A stretch of 64,000 bases of DNA from the NCBI GenBank assembly GCA_964016885.1, contig OZ024743.1, positions 60,946,001 to 61,010,000 of the forward strand, given 5' to 3'. This DNA is from Eledone cirrhosa. Taxonomy: Eukaryota. The notes under the pieces were generated by a model that had not been told where the DNA came from, ran no database searches, and saw only the letters and a program-made list of their open reading frames with translations. Shown one piece after another: positions 43,808-58,147 of the stretch. Both the position numbers and the translations under genes were made by a program. Each line of letters opens with the position of its first letter. Positions within the stretch are counted from its first letter, which is position 1.

Positions 43808-43856
43808 TTGCTGCGAAGACTCCAAACCTCGGTTTGGAAGAAACAATTGTAAGCAA
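43808..43856 (+). ncRNA. Hammerhead motif (family K), core mutated
   Basis: UUGCU-GCGAAGA-cUCCAAACCucGGUUUGGAa-GAAA-CAAUUG-UA-AGCAA, about 40 nt before (TA)n. Confidence 0.65.
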
Positions 43857-43889
43857 ATAAATTATTTAAACAGAACTTTGATTCATGTA

Positions 43890-43941
<52 letters not shown>

Positions 43942-44026
43942 GAGTGTGCGCGCGCTCGTGTGTGTGTGTATAAATATATATATTTATATGTGTATAGATA
44001 TATAGGTATATATATGTATATATATA

Positions 44027-44109
<83 letters not shown>

Positions 44110-44128
44110 ATAGATATATAGATATATG

Positions 44129-44170
<42 letters not shown>

Positions 44171-44180
44171 TACATATATA

Positions 44181-44422
44181 TCGCCGTATTTTGACTAAAG
44201 AAATTAAATAAATTATTTAGCCTGATAGTGGGGTTAAGAACCCGCGGAGAAATGGAAAAAGATGAGTATTGACGTCAATACTTATCTTTTTCCATTTCTC
44301 CGCGGGTTCTTAACCCCACTATCAGGCTAAATAATTTCTTTAATTTCTTTAGTCAAAATACGGCGATAGCTTACATTTCTAATAATTTCAAACCCACTCG
44401 CTGTTTCGAAATTATTCTTACT

Positions 44423-44425
<3 letters not shown>
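44181..44425. repeat. Inverted pair of tRNA-like-repeat fragments between (TA)n tracts
   Basis: 44181-44274 is the inverse of 44273-44367; same family as 63627-64000. Confidence 0.85.
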
Positions 44426-44466
<41 letters not shown>

Positions 44467-44648
44467 GACAAAGATAAATATATATGCACAAGTATGTATG
44501 TAACATAAATAATCAGCAACGCATCAGACTTCTTCTCATAAATGTCAATGTAATTCAGTGTGCAACGATACACTACAAACATGTTGACACCTGAATTAAT
44601 AATATATGTCACTGCCTTTCATTTATATATATATAATATATATACATA

Positions 44649-44740
<92 letters not shown>

Positions 44741-44746
44741 TACATA

Positions 44747-44835
<89 letters not shown>

Positions 44836-45017
44836 ATAGAGAGAGAGAGTGTCAATTACAGTATGGTGGCAAATCAAAATATAATGTCTCTGTAACTACA
44901 CTCATTCCATTCCACACAGTCCCCTAGCCCTGGTTCACACATACACATACACACACATACACACACATACACACCCACTCACCCACACATGTATATATAT
45001 GTATATAAATAAATATA

Positions 45018-45118
<101 letters not shown>

Positions 45119-45856
45119 TATATATATGTGTGAGTGTGTGTATGTATTATATATATATGTGTGTGTGTGTGTATGCATTATATATAGTTCATGTTTTGTT
45201 AATGATTATGAACGAAAAGAAAAACATTTTCTGATTTTCTGAGGTAAAAGCTTAATGCATGATGTAGTATCAAATATTTATTTATTGAAAAACGTTGACT
45301 GTCCCTTTGAAGCACGTGAACGGTAGAAAACGGCTTTCTTTATCTCACTAATACTCTCGCCCACATACATCAGACGTACACACATGCACATGCAAATACA
45401 CCCACACGCACACATATATTTATATTCATATATATATATGTATATACACACATATATGTATGTATTTATGCACGTATATATATATATATGCATATATACA
45501 TATATATATATATATATACATACTTACACATAGGTTCAAGGAGCAGAATGAGTCGGTACCAATGATATAGTTAAATATAATGTTTATACTATACTTCAGG
45601 AATACAATCTTCTACTGGAGTTTAAAGATAACTCCGAGATTTCACCTGTAATGGCTTCTATAACTTCCATACATATAACCAAAATGGCTACGCATAAGAA
45701 AACTGAGAAAATTATTCCAGAATATTGCAATGGGAAAATTGATTGAAGGGCGTAACGAGAGTGTTATATTATTGTTACATTCTCTTAGATGCCATGTATT
45801 GTTCGAGATGAAATCCCGGTAATTTGTGTAAAAACTGTGTATATTATATTATATTG

Positions 45857-46018
45857 TAGAGGGTCGGACGCCATGCTTTCCAGCATAGTTACGTCCCTTT
45901 ACGAGTTCAAATCCCGCCGAGGTTGACTTTGCCTTTCATCCTTACGGGGTCGATAAAATAAAGTACCAGTAATGCACTGGATAATTGCTGGACTTGTGCC
46001 TAAAGTAGAAACAATTAT
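45857..46018 (+). mobile_element. tRNA-derived SINE S1
   Basis: GAGTTCAAATCCCGCCGAGGTTGACTTTGCCTTTCATCC core; older related copies at ~46115-46420. Confidence 0.88.
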
Positions 46019-47399
46019 ATTATATTGTGTATTGTATATATTATTTGTGTATATTATGCACGACATTGTGTTCTGCGTGAAAGCGTTTTAGTTTTGCTGC
46101 CGAGTATGTTAAAGAAAAGGCGGTAATTTGGCATAGTCATACGAACGTCTAGTATTCCTTCCGGGTCTCTACACTCTGATTTTAAATTCTAGCGTGGCCA
46201 AATTTGCCTTTCACTATTTCGAGATCATTGGGACAATATCGGTAGAGTGTCGGACAACATACTTTGCAGCATATAGTTAAGGCCCTATACGTTCTGAATT
46301 CAAATCCGATATTAGTTTTGCCTTTCATCCTTAAATAAAGCACCAGTAACACACTTGAATCGAATCAATTGACTTCCCCTCCCCGTTTGAAGTGCTAGTA
46401 TTGTGCCTAAAGTAGAAAGAATTTTTCGAGGTCGTTAAATGATGTACCATCATAGTGGTGGGGTTGATTCTTCTTTTATGTCCCTCTCCCGCATTCTCTT
46501 TCTCTCTTTCTCTCTCCATCTCTCTCTCTCACTCTCTCTCTCACTCTCTCCATCTCTCTCCCTCTCTCTCCCTCTCTCTCCCTCTCTCTCACTCTCTCTC
46601 TCTCCCTCTCCATTTCTTGCTCGCTCGTCCTTTTTTTCTGGAAGAAGCCTGGAGAGGGATGGAATTCCTCAGGATACAATGTCCAAGACACGTCACATCT
46701 CATGACGACCTCCTGCAAGTTCTCAGAAATTAAAAGCTCATGGATGGATGAATGCCTTGTTAAAGACAATCACATTATTTATTCGTATATATATATATAT
46801 ATTTTAGTTGGTTGTTTACCGATACCTCAGTATGCAGATTGGAGTATTCGACGAAGTACGCAGTTGGTTTCTTTACTCCGGAGTAATGTAAAATAAAATA
46901 AGTAAGTCAAATATGTAAAATTTGGCTTCGTTTATTATCTATACTAGCAGAAGAACCCGCCCTCGGGCGGTTTTCTGCTAGCATATATAGTGTGCATATT
47001 GATATACACAAATATATATGCACATAGATATGATACATAAATTGACAATATGCACATAAACTGAACAAAGACTGTGTTACACTTACTTCTGTAATCAGTA
47101 AAGTAATCCATGATAGATTTTTTAAAAAGCGATGAAACCGTTGACGAAAAATGTTCATGAATCTTCACTTGAGAATGTCGATGGGAAGCTTCAAACAGTG
47201 AATTTGAAAAAGATGCTGCTGGTATGAATGAATGAATTACATTCACCAATATGAAGAGTTGACCTTCTCTATATTGTTGTTTTACTGTATTCACATATAA
47301 ACTTCTTAAATTTGTGTAGTGTCCTTTTTCTAACAGTTAAAAAGAAACTGAAATGCCTTTTAACTAAAAGAGGTGATAACTGTTTCACATCACTGTACA

Positions 47400-50300
47400 A
47401 TTTCTTTGTAGACACAGTTGTCAGCAAACAGACCCCTTCCATTTAATATTTTTATATTTTCTTTTTTTTTGTAACTCGTGATAATGCAACATACATTTGA
47501 CCATGTGAAAAGAATTCTGTTGATAGATATACACCTATCTTTTCAAATGTCTGCCCTTGTGCCTTGTTGCATGTAAGGGCAAAGGCTGGTTTGACAGGAA
47601 ATTGCTTGCGAGTAAAGGTGAAAGGGAACTCAAGCTCTTGAGATACATGTGGTATCCTTGGGATTAGCAAACTTGTTCCAGCATTGGGACCTAATGCCAC
47701 TTCAGCTTCAATTACATGATGCAACTGCCTTTCTTCAGTTTAAGTATGTTTGTTGGGAAGCCTGATGGGGTAAGTTTGTTGATGAATTCAATTGGATATT
47801 GCAGTTCATTATCTACTATTGGCAGTATCGGTATAGGGTCAGACATGCTTTCCAACATAGTTACGTCCCTTTACGATCTGAGTTCAAATCCCGCCGAGGT
47901 TAACTTTGCCTTTCATCCATACAGAGGTCGATAAAATAAAGTACCAGTAATGTACTGTGTAATTGCTGGCCTTGTGCCAAAAGTAGAAACAATTATCTAC
48001 TGTATCAGAGCTTCTGTAGATTATTTCATGACCAGGGAACCTGTTGACCATGAACTCATTCACCAATCTTGCTGCATCATTTGTTGGAGTGATAATGGCT
48101 CTATTTGCAAGCCATAGTGGGTCTGTGTAGTTTCCTGGAAGATTTGTATACACAAACTCACACAGTCCAGACACATTACCATATTCCAGACAAAGTTCAT
48201 TTGGCAGAATAATTGTGAATGCACCTACAGTTGGAACAGTTGGAATGTTACCAATTCCCACATCAAGAAGGTAGTTTGCAAACTGTTTTTCATCAGAATC
48301 CTCTGTATTAATTAGCCGTTGATTGGTTATCATCTCCATGGTTTCCACATTATCCCAGAGATAGGATCTCTTGATGGTTGCCTCAACTATTTGTGGTCTA
48401 GCACCATGACGTACAACTGGAAGAATTTGCTTCCAGTCACCAGATAGTAATACTGTTAAACCACCAAATGGCTTTTTGCAATCTCGAACATCTTTTAAGC
48501 TCCTGTCAAGACATTCAAAGAAATTCTTATCTCCCATACCTATCTCATCAATGATTAGCAGGTCAACTTGCTGCATAGGTTTACCTGTGTCATCCCTCTT
48601 TATGAAGAAGCAAGTTGATTGAGCAGTCATATTGAGAGGCACCTTGCACTTGGAATGAAGAATTCTACCTTTGTGAAACAAAGTGGCTGCTATTCCAGAT
48701 ATGGCAATGGCAAGTGCAATTTTAGTTTTAGATCGGAGCTAATTCAATAGGATGTTTATGACATAGGTCTTTCCAGTACCTGCACTTGCATTCAAGCAGA
48801 AAATTCTGCCTTCATTTTCATTTACAGAGGTGATTACTTTGTGAAAAATAACCAGTTGCTCAGGATTCAATGTTGGCAGAAGTTCATTTATGTTTGCTTG
48901 CAGTTGGTGTGTATTGAAATCAGTTTCTGCCATAAGAACCCTGTTAATTTCTGGTATGGCAACAATAGTTGGGTCTGGCCGAGGAAGTCCAAAGTTGGCA
49001 TGAATGATGTCCAAGCCATCATGTTGAAGTCTTTTTTGGATCGTCTGTAGAACAATCTTCACGGTTTGCATTAACATGACTTGCTCACGACTTTCATGCA
49101 TGATATCCTTTGCATGACAATTCTTCCATTTCTCCCAGAACTGCAGAGGGTCATTTGGCATGCAGTACAATAAAATGGTGAAGAAGATCTCTCGCAGCTG
49201 AGGACCAAGCGTAATGGATGAGGCCGCTTCCATAGCTTTGTCTTTTTCTCCATCTTCATCTAACCGACCAAGTTTCCTGCACGCTTCTTGGAATGTTGGA
49301 AATTCAACTCCTTCAATTGTCCTCAATTCTCTGTATGAAGTTGACCCAGCCTTGTGATGTAGGATCATTCTGTGGTAATATAATTCAGATTGATGTCTAC
49401 TGAGAGATACTGTTGGAATGCATCCAAGAGATTCAATCATAAATTGTTGATCACCATCCAGATGTCCCTTTTTTCTTCTTTGCCACTTTTTGTTTGTCCA
49501 ATTGAAATATTTAAGAATATCAATATACAATATGTTTTGTCCCAGTGGATCTCTAATATTCAATTGAAAATATTCCGTCAACTTAGTCATTGGCTGTCCC
49601 CTAGAAACAAAACGTTCTTCCTGCCCTCGCTCATACGCGACCATTTGTTCCCCAGGTAAATGGCAAGGCAACTTTTCAACTGGCGGTTTTCGATGATGTA
49701 ATGGAAATTTATAGATTCTCCAGAATGCTTCACTGGATGAGATGTACCGTCATTGATATAGGTCTCAATCTCATTTTGGGCATGGACACAATTTCCTTGA
49801 TCATCCTTAATAGTGAAAGTGATCTTGTCTGATCCTTTCGTGATATATTTATATAAGTACTTAACAGCCTTGACACTGTGGACAACCTCACAATTGATGT
49901 GGCACTGATATCTCAATGAGAGGAAAGGATTGTATGGAACAATCCAACGATTATCAACAGTAAATTCTTGACCTTTAAGTTAGATTGTATGGGTGTGATC
50001 ACCATGCTGTCTATCCCTTCTTCTATACTCCGGAAAGGAATCACTGTAGAAGCACTCACTGTAGAAGCGAGGTGAACCATAGATTGAAGGAGGAAGAACA
50101 ATTCTCCGGCCTGCATTTACTGAATCTCCTTCAGCCAGAGCATCATACAAACCCTCATACTTTTCAGCTCGTATCATGGTTTGATTGTTGCGGGCCCATT
50201 TGAGGCGACAATGTTCTATTTTTGCCTGGGAATCTGCAGCATATTGCTGCATCAGCCGTCTGCTCTTCATGATAATGTTACAGTCACCTTGCCTAACCTG

Positions 50301-51347
50301 AAACCGATAACAGTAGAAATCAGTGGATGTGAGTGTGTGGTTGTTGTCAATCCTTTTCAAACCAACCTGAAACCCCTCAATCCCCCAAGGAAACAGTAGC
50401 ACATAATGCAGAGGATCATAAGAACAGTGCAACTGATGAATCCTCTGAAGACCACCATCTTTTTTATGAATGATGACATCCAAAAGATTTAATGCTGTAT
50501 CAGGTTGAATAACAGCAATCTCAGATGCCATCGGAAGATTATATGTGCGACAATGAAAATCAGTGGGTTTTATTTTGTTAGCATGTAGGACAATATTCAC
50601 ATTTTCAGAGACTGGCATTTCAATGACTGACTTGAAGCTCCTTATAAAGTAGTGCAAGTCTTCTTACAGCTCCTGCAGGACAGCAGCATCTAAATTAGCA
50701 TGATGCAAGCGATTCTGAAGCTCATGATCTGTTTCATAGAAATAAAGCTGCGCAAACTTGGGTGAAGCATCACTTGGAAGTAGTGATCCAATAATATGAC
50801 AAATAAATGTGGGACTAAATCCTGGTGCTTTAATCTCTTTGCAACCAATTGAAGCTAAGGCAAGGACATTGTTATATGCCCGTATCTTATGGAGAAAAGA
50901 ATATCCTGCTTGAGTGATATCGAAATATTTCAGTATATTTGGTGGAAGAGGAGGAAGTTGAGGAAGTTTCACTTTTCCCTGGAAGCAGCACAGAGATTTG
51001 AGTTCATGCGGCCATCGATAAACTTTGCAGTGCGGACAAACAGAGGCAAAGAGACTCCCTGCATTATGTTGTGGCATTATGGAAAGAACAGTTCGCTCTT
51101 CGAAAGGTTCATCTGTAGGATTCTTTGCCAGACCTTCAATTGACCTGTTCCTTCCTCTCTGAACGTTTGTTGTATTTGTTGCAAGTTGTTGTTGGTGTAT
51201 TAACTGAATTACATTTGTAGAAATTTGATGGGATGTTGTAGAGCGATTATTGTTGGATTGATTTGCCCTCTTCTCTCTTTGTCGTTGTGCGTCTGCTGCC
51301 ATGCGTTGGGATTTAGATGAGGAATGTTTTCTGCGTCCCATATTCAC
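47400..51347 (-). pseudogene. Helitron RepHel (Zn finger, Rep, Pif1-like helicase), disrupted
   Basis: CPHC..CCFQGKV, YDPLHYVLLFP, LPPSIYGSPR, KYLYKYITKG, ASAGTGKT, IIDEIGM, PFGG..GDWKQILPV, RKQFPVKPAFALTCNKAQGQT; frameshifts, stops and a SINE insertion. Confidence 0.95.
47818..47991 (+). mobile_element. Full-length SINE S1 inserted in Helitron helicase
   Basis: 10-bp TSD ATTATCTACT at 47808-47817 and 47992-48001. Confidence 0.93.
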
Positions 51348-51888
51348 TCTCTGTCATATATGTATAAATATATGTTCTCTCTACGGTGAAATCTTAGAAA
51401 TAAATATATGCTAAAACAAAAAAATAAATATAAATATATATATATATATACAAATTTTGGTATAGCATCAACGAAGCTTTTGGCAGCAGCCAAGCTAACG
51501 AATGCAGATTCAGTGTGCAGCTAAGCACTCGATGGGGAATATTGCCGCAGAGTTATAACATTACGTTTAGACAGCTTTGCAAATCAAATATAGCGACAGA
51601 TAGTCGGGCCGCATTGCCATAGCGACGAAAAAAACTTAACTCAGGAAAAAAAAAAAAGATATATATATATATATATATTAGAAAGTAAGATTTTTTTTAT
51701 AAAAGGAAAAATAACCGAGGTGTCCTACACCAGTGAAAGTATAAAGAAAAAATGATGAAATCGAAAATGCAACTGGAGTCTTATTTTTTTTTTAAATATA
51801 TATATTTATTTGGTTCCTTTACCGGTTTCGCAGTTCTTCTGCTTTTCAAAAATAGAGTTGAGATGGAGGGTCTGTGGTTTTTCTCACA

Positions 51889-51937
<49 letters not shown>

Positions 51938-53605
51938 CTGACACGGAGAAAAGAAATCTTTGAAATAAATGTATGTTTGAAATATGTATTATCTTCTGCT
52001 ATTCGAACACCAGAGAGAGAGAGAGGGAGTGTATGAGGTAGTCATAACAACAGTGGTAGCAGCAAAACTCGTATCAAAACAATATATATACTGTATATAT
52101 ATCTTTCACAGTCACCCCTCTCTTTATATACACACACATAAAATCTCTCTTTCTCGCTCTAGCAATTTTATGAAATCAAAGAACAACATACGCACATGCA
52201 CACACATACACATCAGCGTGTTGAAAAAAATCCAAATCGCTTCATCTTTCTCTTTCACTCTCTCTTTATAGTAGAAATCTACCGGAAGTATTGGAATATA
52301 TGTTTAATCATGTGTTACGAATTTTAGTAGATAAATTATGTAATATTCATTCATTATTTATTCAAAGTAATGCAACTTATTTTACAAACGGGATAAAAAA
52401 AATTATATTCGGGATGCAGTCCTGCGCTCCTTACTTTATTATAGTTTAGATATATAAAACTGAGGATGTCTGTCTGTGTGTGTGTGAGAGTTTGAATCCC
52501 TAAAACACGAGAATTACCTAACCGACTGTTTTCAAACTTTACACATGTAATACTTATGTTTCAGGGAGTGTTCTGAGCACAAAGAATTTCAAATTTTCAA
52601 AGCCCTAGGGACCGCTTTAGCCGATTTAGCGATCTCTCTCTATAATTCTTAGTCTTTTTCTTTTTAAATAGATATATACGTATAACGCCGCGCCCTTATA
52701 ATATCTGTCTGTATGTCTGGCTGTCTACATTACGTCACATCCCACAATTCCCTCTGCGGTCAGAACGCGCCCTTATAATATCTGTCTGTATGTCTGGCTG
52801 CTGCTTTACTTCACTTCCCTAAGGATGTCTCTCTGTCTGTGTGTGTGTGTGTGTGTGTGTGTCTGTGAGTTTGAATCCCTAAAACTCGAGAAGTACCTAA
52901 CCGACCTTTTTCAAACGTTACAAGTGTATTACTTATGTTTCAGGGAGTGTTATGCACATAAAAAAATTCAACTTGTTCATCCCTAGAGCCCGCACTAGGT
53001 GAAAAACTGCGTATTTTTCAGGTTTTTATGTGTTTTTTAAGGCATTACGTTAGACCGATTTTCTTGAAATTGTAACAATGTATCTTCTTCATACCATGAG
53101 CAAAGAATATCCAACTTTTTTATGCCTAGGGCCCGTATTAGGTGAAAAACTTCATTTTTTCAGGTTTTAGGGCTTTTTTGAGGCGTTACGTCTAGCCGAT
53201 TTTCCCGAAATTTCAAGGCATATTGTGCACATAAAAAAAATCATGATCCCCTAGGGCTCGCATTAGGTGAAAACCTGCATTTTTCCTCCTTCATTTTAAA
53301 GATTATCCAGCCATCAGAGTATTCGTTTTATTCTCTTTACATATTGTCCAGGCATGCAGTTTTTCCACGATTATGTCTGTTGGCGGCTCGCGTTCTAAAA
53401 TACCTTATCCCGTGCAACGCCGGGTACCACTGCTAGTAAATTATAAATTTACTGCTATATATATTTCGATTATTGGCTGTGAGGTTACAGCCAATAATAG
53501 CTGTCACCGAAATATATATAGCAGTAAATTTATAATTTATAATAAACGAAGCCAAATTTTACATTTTTAACTTACTTATTATATTTTATATATATATATA
53601 TATAT

Positions 53606-53660
<55 letters not shown>

Positions 53661-54299
53661 GTGTGTGTGTGTACGTGTATACACAAATGCATGAATGTCG
53701 CCAGCATGCTTATTGACACCACCATATTTATAATTATTTCCAGTAACATCATCATCAGTTGCAGCAGCAGCAGCAGCAACAGCAGCAACAACAACAACAA
53801 CAATATGAGAAAGATCGTCATCATCACCAATATTATGATCATCATCATGTTTGCCGTCTTTGTCGATGTCACTAACGAAAGTGCTGATGAAGAGGGTTAA
53901 AAGAGAATAATAAAATGAGGGAGAAATGGGGATTAATTTAATGCATGATGAGTTATGAATTAAGGGTTTTGAAGGACGTAATCCTAAAATAATTAAATGA
54001 CAGTGTTTCAATTCTATGATGAAAGTTGGTCTGACGTCTTTGAGGCAAATTGGTGATAATGAAAGAGTGGGGAAATTTATAGAGATTAATTGGAAATTAG
54101 TGAAGGGGGTGGGAAGGTTGCGAGAGATAGAGTAAAGGTGAGAGAGATAAATGGAGAGAGAGGGAGAGGGTGGGTGTGGTAAGACAAAAGTGAGAGAAAG
54201 CAAACTGCATATATATATATACATAGTAATGATTATGATTATGATGATGATGATGATATATATGTATGTATATATATATATATATATGAGCAGAAGGGA

Positions 54300-56935
54300 T
54301 ATTCAATTTGTTGGTAATTCAACAAATATAACTGTTTATAACTGATTCAGAACACTCAAAATTTTCTGGAGTATAATATACAATGATATTAAATAAATGG
54401 AAACTATATTTATAAAACCATATTTATTCTATTATATATATTTCAAGGGTACCAAAATTTTGGTACTCTATCATCAGATAAAATACGAAGTGTGTTTTAT
54501 AAATTTTGACATAACCAAGGAGAATATACCTTAACGCTTCAAGTTATCCTTGGATAGTGAAGGGAAAATAGAAGAAAAGTCAGATATTTCAAATTATTAA
54601 GATGAGTACGCAAATGAGGTTTAGGTAAAAGGGCTGAAAAAAACGTTATTTTAGACGCTATGGAAAATTTAAATAATTATGATAAGTTATTGTATGCGTA
54701 GGAAAGAAGAGAAAGGAAGAAGAGCTAGTATTTACGTTAATTTGGGGGAAAATAATTATTTACCTATATTATTATTTATAATATTGTATATATAATCAAT
54801 TAGATTATATGAAGAATTATGGTTGTATTTTTATCTTATTACATTACGATAGGTTATATGTATATAAATATCTATATATATATTAATAAATTGCGTATGT
54901 ATAAGTTGTTTATATATCAAATATGAGTTACGAAAGTGTTGAATTTGTATTTTACTTAGAAAATAGGTGGTTCAAGTTGTGAGAGTAGAACAATTTGTGG
55001 ATTCAAAAATTTTGTTCAACATTGAAAATGTTTTCAGAATATTGTTAACTTAGCGAAGCTATACAGATTATCAAACATAATGTGTTTATGTTTGCACGAT
55101 TCGGAAAGGAAAGATAACTCCAATTTTGTTTGTTAACCATTAAATTATATATTATTTTGTGTGAGATCCATTATTTTAGTCGAAAGATGTGTGAATGTTG
55201 AATAACAAAAACAGAGAGGAAAAATGTAATGTGTTTTTCGAAAAACTATCGTAAAGAGGATAAATTTTCAGAATGTCATTTAAAGATTATCAATCTAGAT
55301 CTAAAAATATATTTATAGTGTCCTTATAAAAATAATGTCTGAATTAAAAATAACGTAAAAATAATGTAAGAAATTAAAATATTAAATATATATATTAAAA
55401 ATATTATAAATATTAGAGATATTAAAAAAATTTTGAAATATTAAAAATATTAAAAAGTATTGAAAAATATTGAAAAATATTAAAAATATTATATATATTA
55501 AAAAATTTACATTTAAATAAAAATAAAAAAAAGGTAGGATCCTTTTGAAAGTGTATAGGAATATTATAAATTAAAAATAGTTCTGAACGTGGAATTTTGG
55601 CGATGTTTGCAAGAAGAAAATAATTCTGTTCTGAGATTAATATAGTTTTGACAGTTAATTATATGTGAAAGTGAAGTAGGAGATTTTTTTATCAGATCTT
55701 CTAAAATGTATGATTATAGTTATTCCAGCGTTCTTTAAAATTTTTTGAAGTGGCACCAACATAGTTAAATATTTTGTCGCTAGTTTTAACTGTGCATTTA
55801 TAAATTATGTTTTTGTCTAAACAATTATTTTGTAAAGGGCAGTTTGATTTGATTCTACAGTTACATTTACTAGAGTTATTGTTGTTCAGAATGGTACCAT
55901 TATTCTGAATATTGTTGTTAGAAATATTATTATTGCTATTTTGGTTAGTTTGGCTAGGGTTTAAATTTAAGTTTCTATTATTAATTCTATTTATATTTTG
56001 TGCTATGTTCATAGTAGTAGAGTAGGATAGTTTTATAGTGTGTCTCTTAAAAATAGAGTGGTATCTGTGGGCTTTAGGAAAACATTTATCTTGTGCTTTA
56101 AAGAATAGCTTTGCTAAAGGTGTTTTAACGCTTAATGAGAATGGGGGAGAGTACCAAATAATATTTCTAGTTCTAGTTTTTGTTTGGTTTAGTGTCTAAG
56201 TTAATACTAGGATGATATGTCATGTTATTGTTATCTATGTATTTAATTCTATTTGAGTATCCTACTCTATGTAAAGCTTCATCATAATATTCAGCCTTAT
56301 CATCAAAAATATGTTTATTACCGGAGATGCGTGAAATCCGTTGTTGGACGCTATTGACAATAGTGTTTTTAATACTTCTAGGATGATTAGAATTGAAACT
56401 TATATAATTTAGATTTTCGTTAATTTTATGGAAAGGATAGTAAAGACCTGTGCTAAGGTTTAAACTCACATCTAAGAAGTTAACGATCTTGTAGTTATTC
56501 TCTATTTCTAACTTAAGATTGTAGTTGCTGAAAAATTGTATTATGGATTTTCTTTTTCCTATTAATTTCACTATTGCTATGGTTTTCAGTTAGAGCAACA
56601 TATCGTCACGATATAAACCTGCGGTCATCTCTGGTATTTTCCTATGCAGTACATTATTAATAAATAATCCAACGAGGTCTGTAAGTTGCGCCGAGTCAGA
56701 TGATCCCATAATGATATCAAAATTGTTTATTCTGTCGGATCTTGTCCAGAGATGATTATTAAATCCTATTAGTGTTTTACGTGCTGTTAGAATTATATTC
56801 ATTTCATCACCAGATAAGTCTGTATGTTTAGACGCATAGATAAGTGCCTTATTTAGTAAACTAGGGGTAATAGAGGAGTAATAATTTGCAATATCCATTT
56901 GAATGAATTTTGTTTTAAGTTTTAATTCTATTTAA
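54300..56935 (-). mobile_element. 5'-truncated Penelope-like element, Naiad type
   Basis: DIANYYSSI, FDIIMGSSDSA, YRDD, NFLDVSLNL, SNHP, KCNCRIKSNCPLQNNCL, YVGATSKNFKER, SCKH; pLTR with hammerhead. Confidence 0.92.
54425..54485 (-). ncRNA. Type I hammerhead ribozyme (family L), intact core
   Basis: UAUUUUAU-CUGAUGA-U-AGAGUACCAAaauuUUGGUACCCU-U-GAAA-UAUAUA-UA-AUAGAAUA. Confidence 0.82.
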
Positions 56936-56939
56936 TAAT

Positions 56940-57465
56940 CATCTCTGGACAAGAGCCGACAGAAAAAACAATTTTGATATCAATATGGCATCATCTGACT
57001 CGGTGCAACTTACAGACCTCGTTGGATTATTTATTAATAATGTACTGCATAGGAAAATGCCAGAGATGACAGGAGGTTTATATCGTGACGATATGTTGCT
57101 TCCCAAATTAACGTAAATGCTAGCTATATTTCCTTTCTCTTCTTTCCTACGCATACAATAACTTGTAATTATTTCAATTTTTCATAGCGTCTAAAATAAC
57201 GTTTTTTTTTTCAGCCCTTTTAACTAAACCTCATTTGCATACTCATCTTAATAATTTGAAATATCTTACTTTTCTTCTATTTTCTCTTCACTATCCAAGG
57301 ATAACTTGAACCGTTAAAGTATGTTCTCCTTGGTTATGTCAAAATTTATAAAACACACTTCGTATTTTATCTGATGATAGCGAACCAAAATGTTGGTACC
57401 CTTGAATATAATAGAATAAATGTGGTTTTATAAATGTGTTTTCCATTTATTTAATATCATTGGTG
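56940..57465 (+). mobile_element. Inverted 5' arm of the same Naiad element (RT fragment fused to pLTR)
   Basis: 56940-57100 is the inverse of ~56593-56753; 57101-57460 is the inverse of ~54380-54746; decayed hammerhead copy at 57363-57418. Confidence 0.88.
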
Positions 57466-57497
57466 TGTATATATATATATATATATACTGTATATAT

Positions 57498-57597
<100 letters not shown>

Positions 57598-58033
57598 CAT
57601 ACATAGATATAGATATATATGTATATGCATACATCATCGTCATCATATATATATATATATATAGTGGGAGAGAGAAAGAGAGAGCGTAAGACAGAGTGAG
57701 AGATAAAGAATGAGTGTGAGAGAGGAGAGGGAAAGAGTGCGATGAGGTTCAGGTGTTGCAAGTCTCTCTTTACATTACAGAAACATTGAAACTATGTATT
57801 GATTAATTGAATCGATAGAGGAATAGGTGAGATTCCCTTATGAAAGCAATAGTTGGATGTAATAATATGTTTGGCAAAACTATTTTAACGTTAGGGTTAT
57901 GGTTAGGGTTCATCATCATCTTCCTCCTCCTCCTCATCATCATCATCATCATCATCATCACCACCATCACCATCTTGACCGCCACATCACCACCATCATA
58001 TTATATATGTATGTGTGTGTAAGTGTGTCTCTC

Positions 58034-58147
<114 letters not shown>

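Larger units (their letters stand above)
46944..52450 (-). mobile_element. Rep-helicase-encoding Helitron (decayed)
   Basis: Minus 5' A|TCTAAACTATATAATAAAG at 52450; 3' hairpin CCGCCCGAGGGCGG then TTCTTCTGCTAG|T at 46944. Confidence 0.92.
46938..53436 (+). mobile_element. Non-autonomous Helitron (46938-46943 + 52451-53436) split by a nested Helitron
   Basis: Rejoined 5' end A|TCTATA+TATATAAAACTGAGGATGTC; 3' hairpin CCCGTGCAACGCCGGG then CTGCTAG|T; internal direct repeats. Confidence 0.85.

Noticed and set aside
57891-57910. Telomeric TTAGGG repeats
   Set aside because: Only about three imperfect units; not distinguishable from chance.
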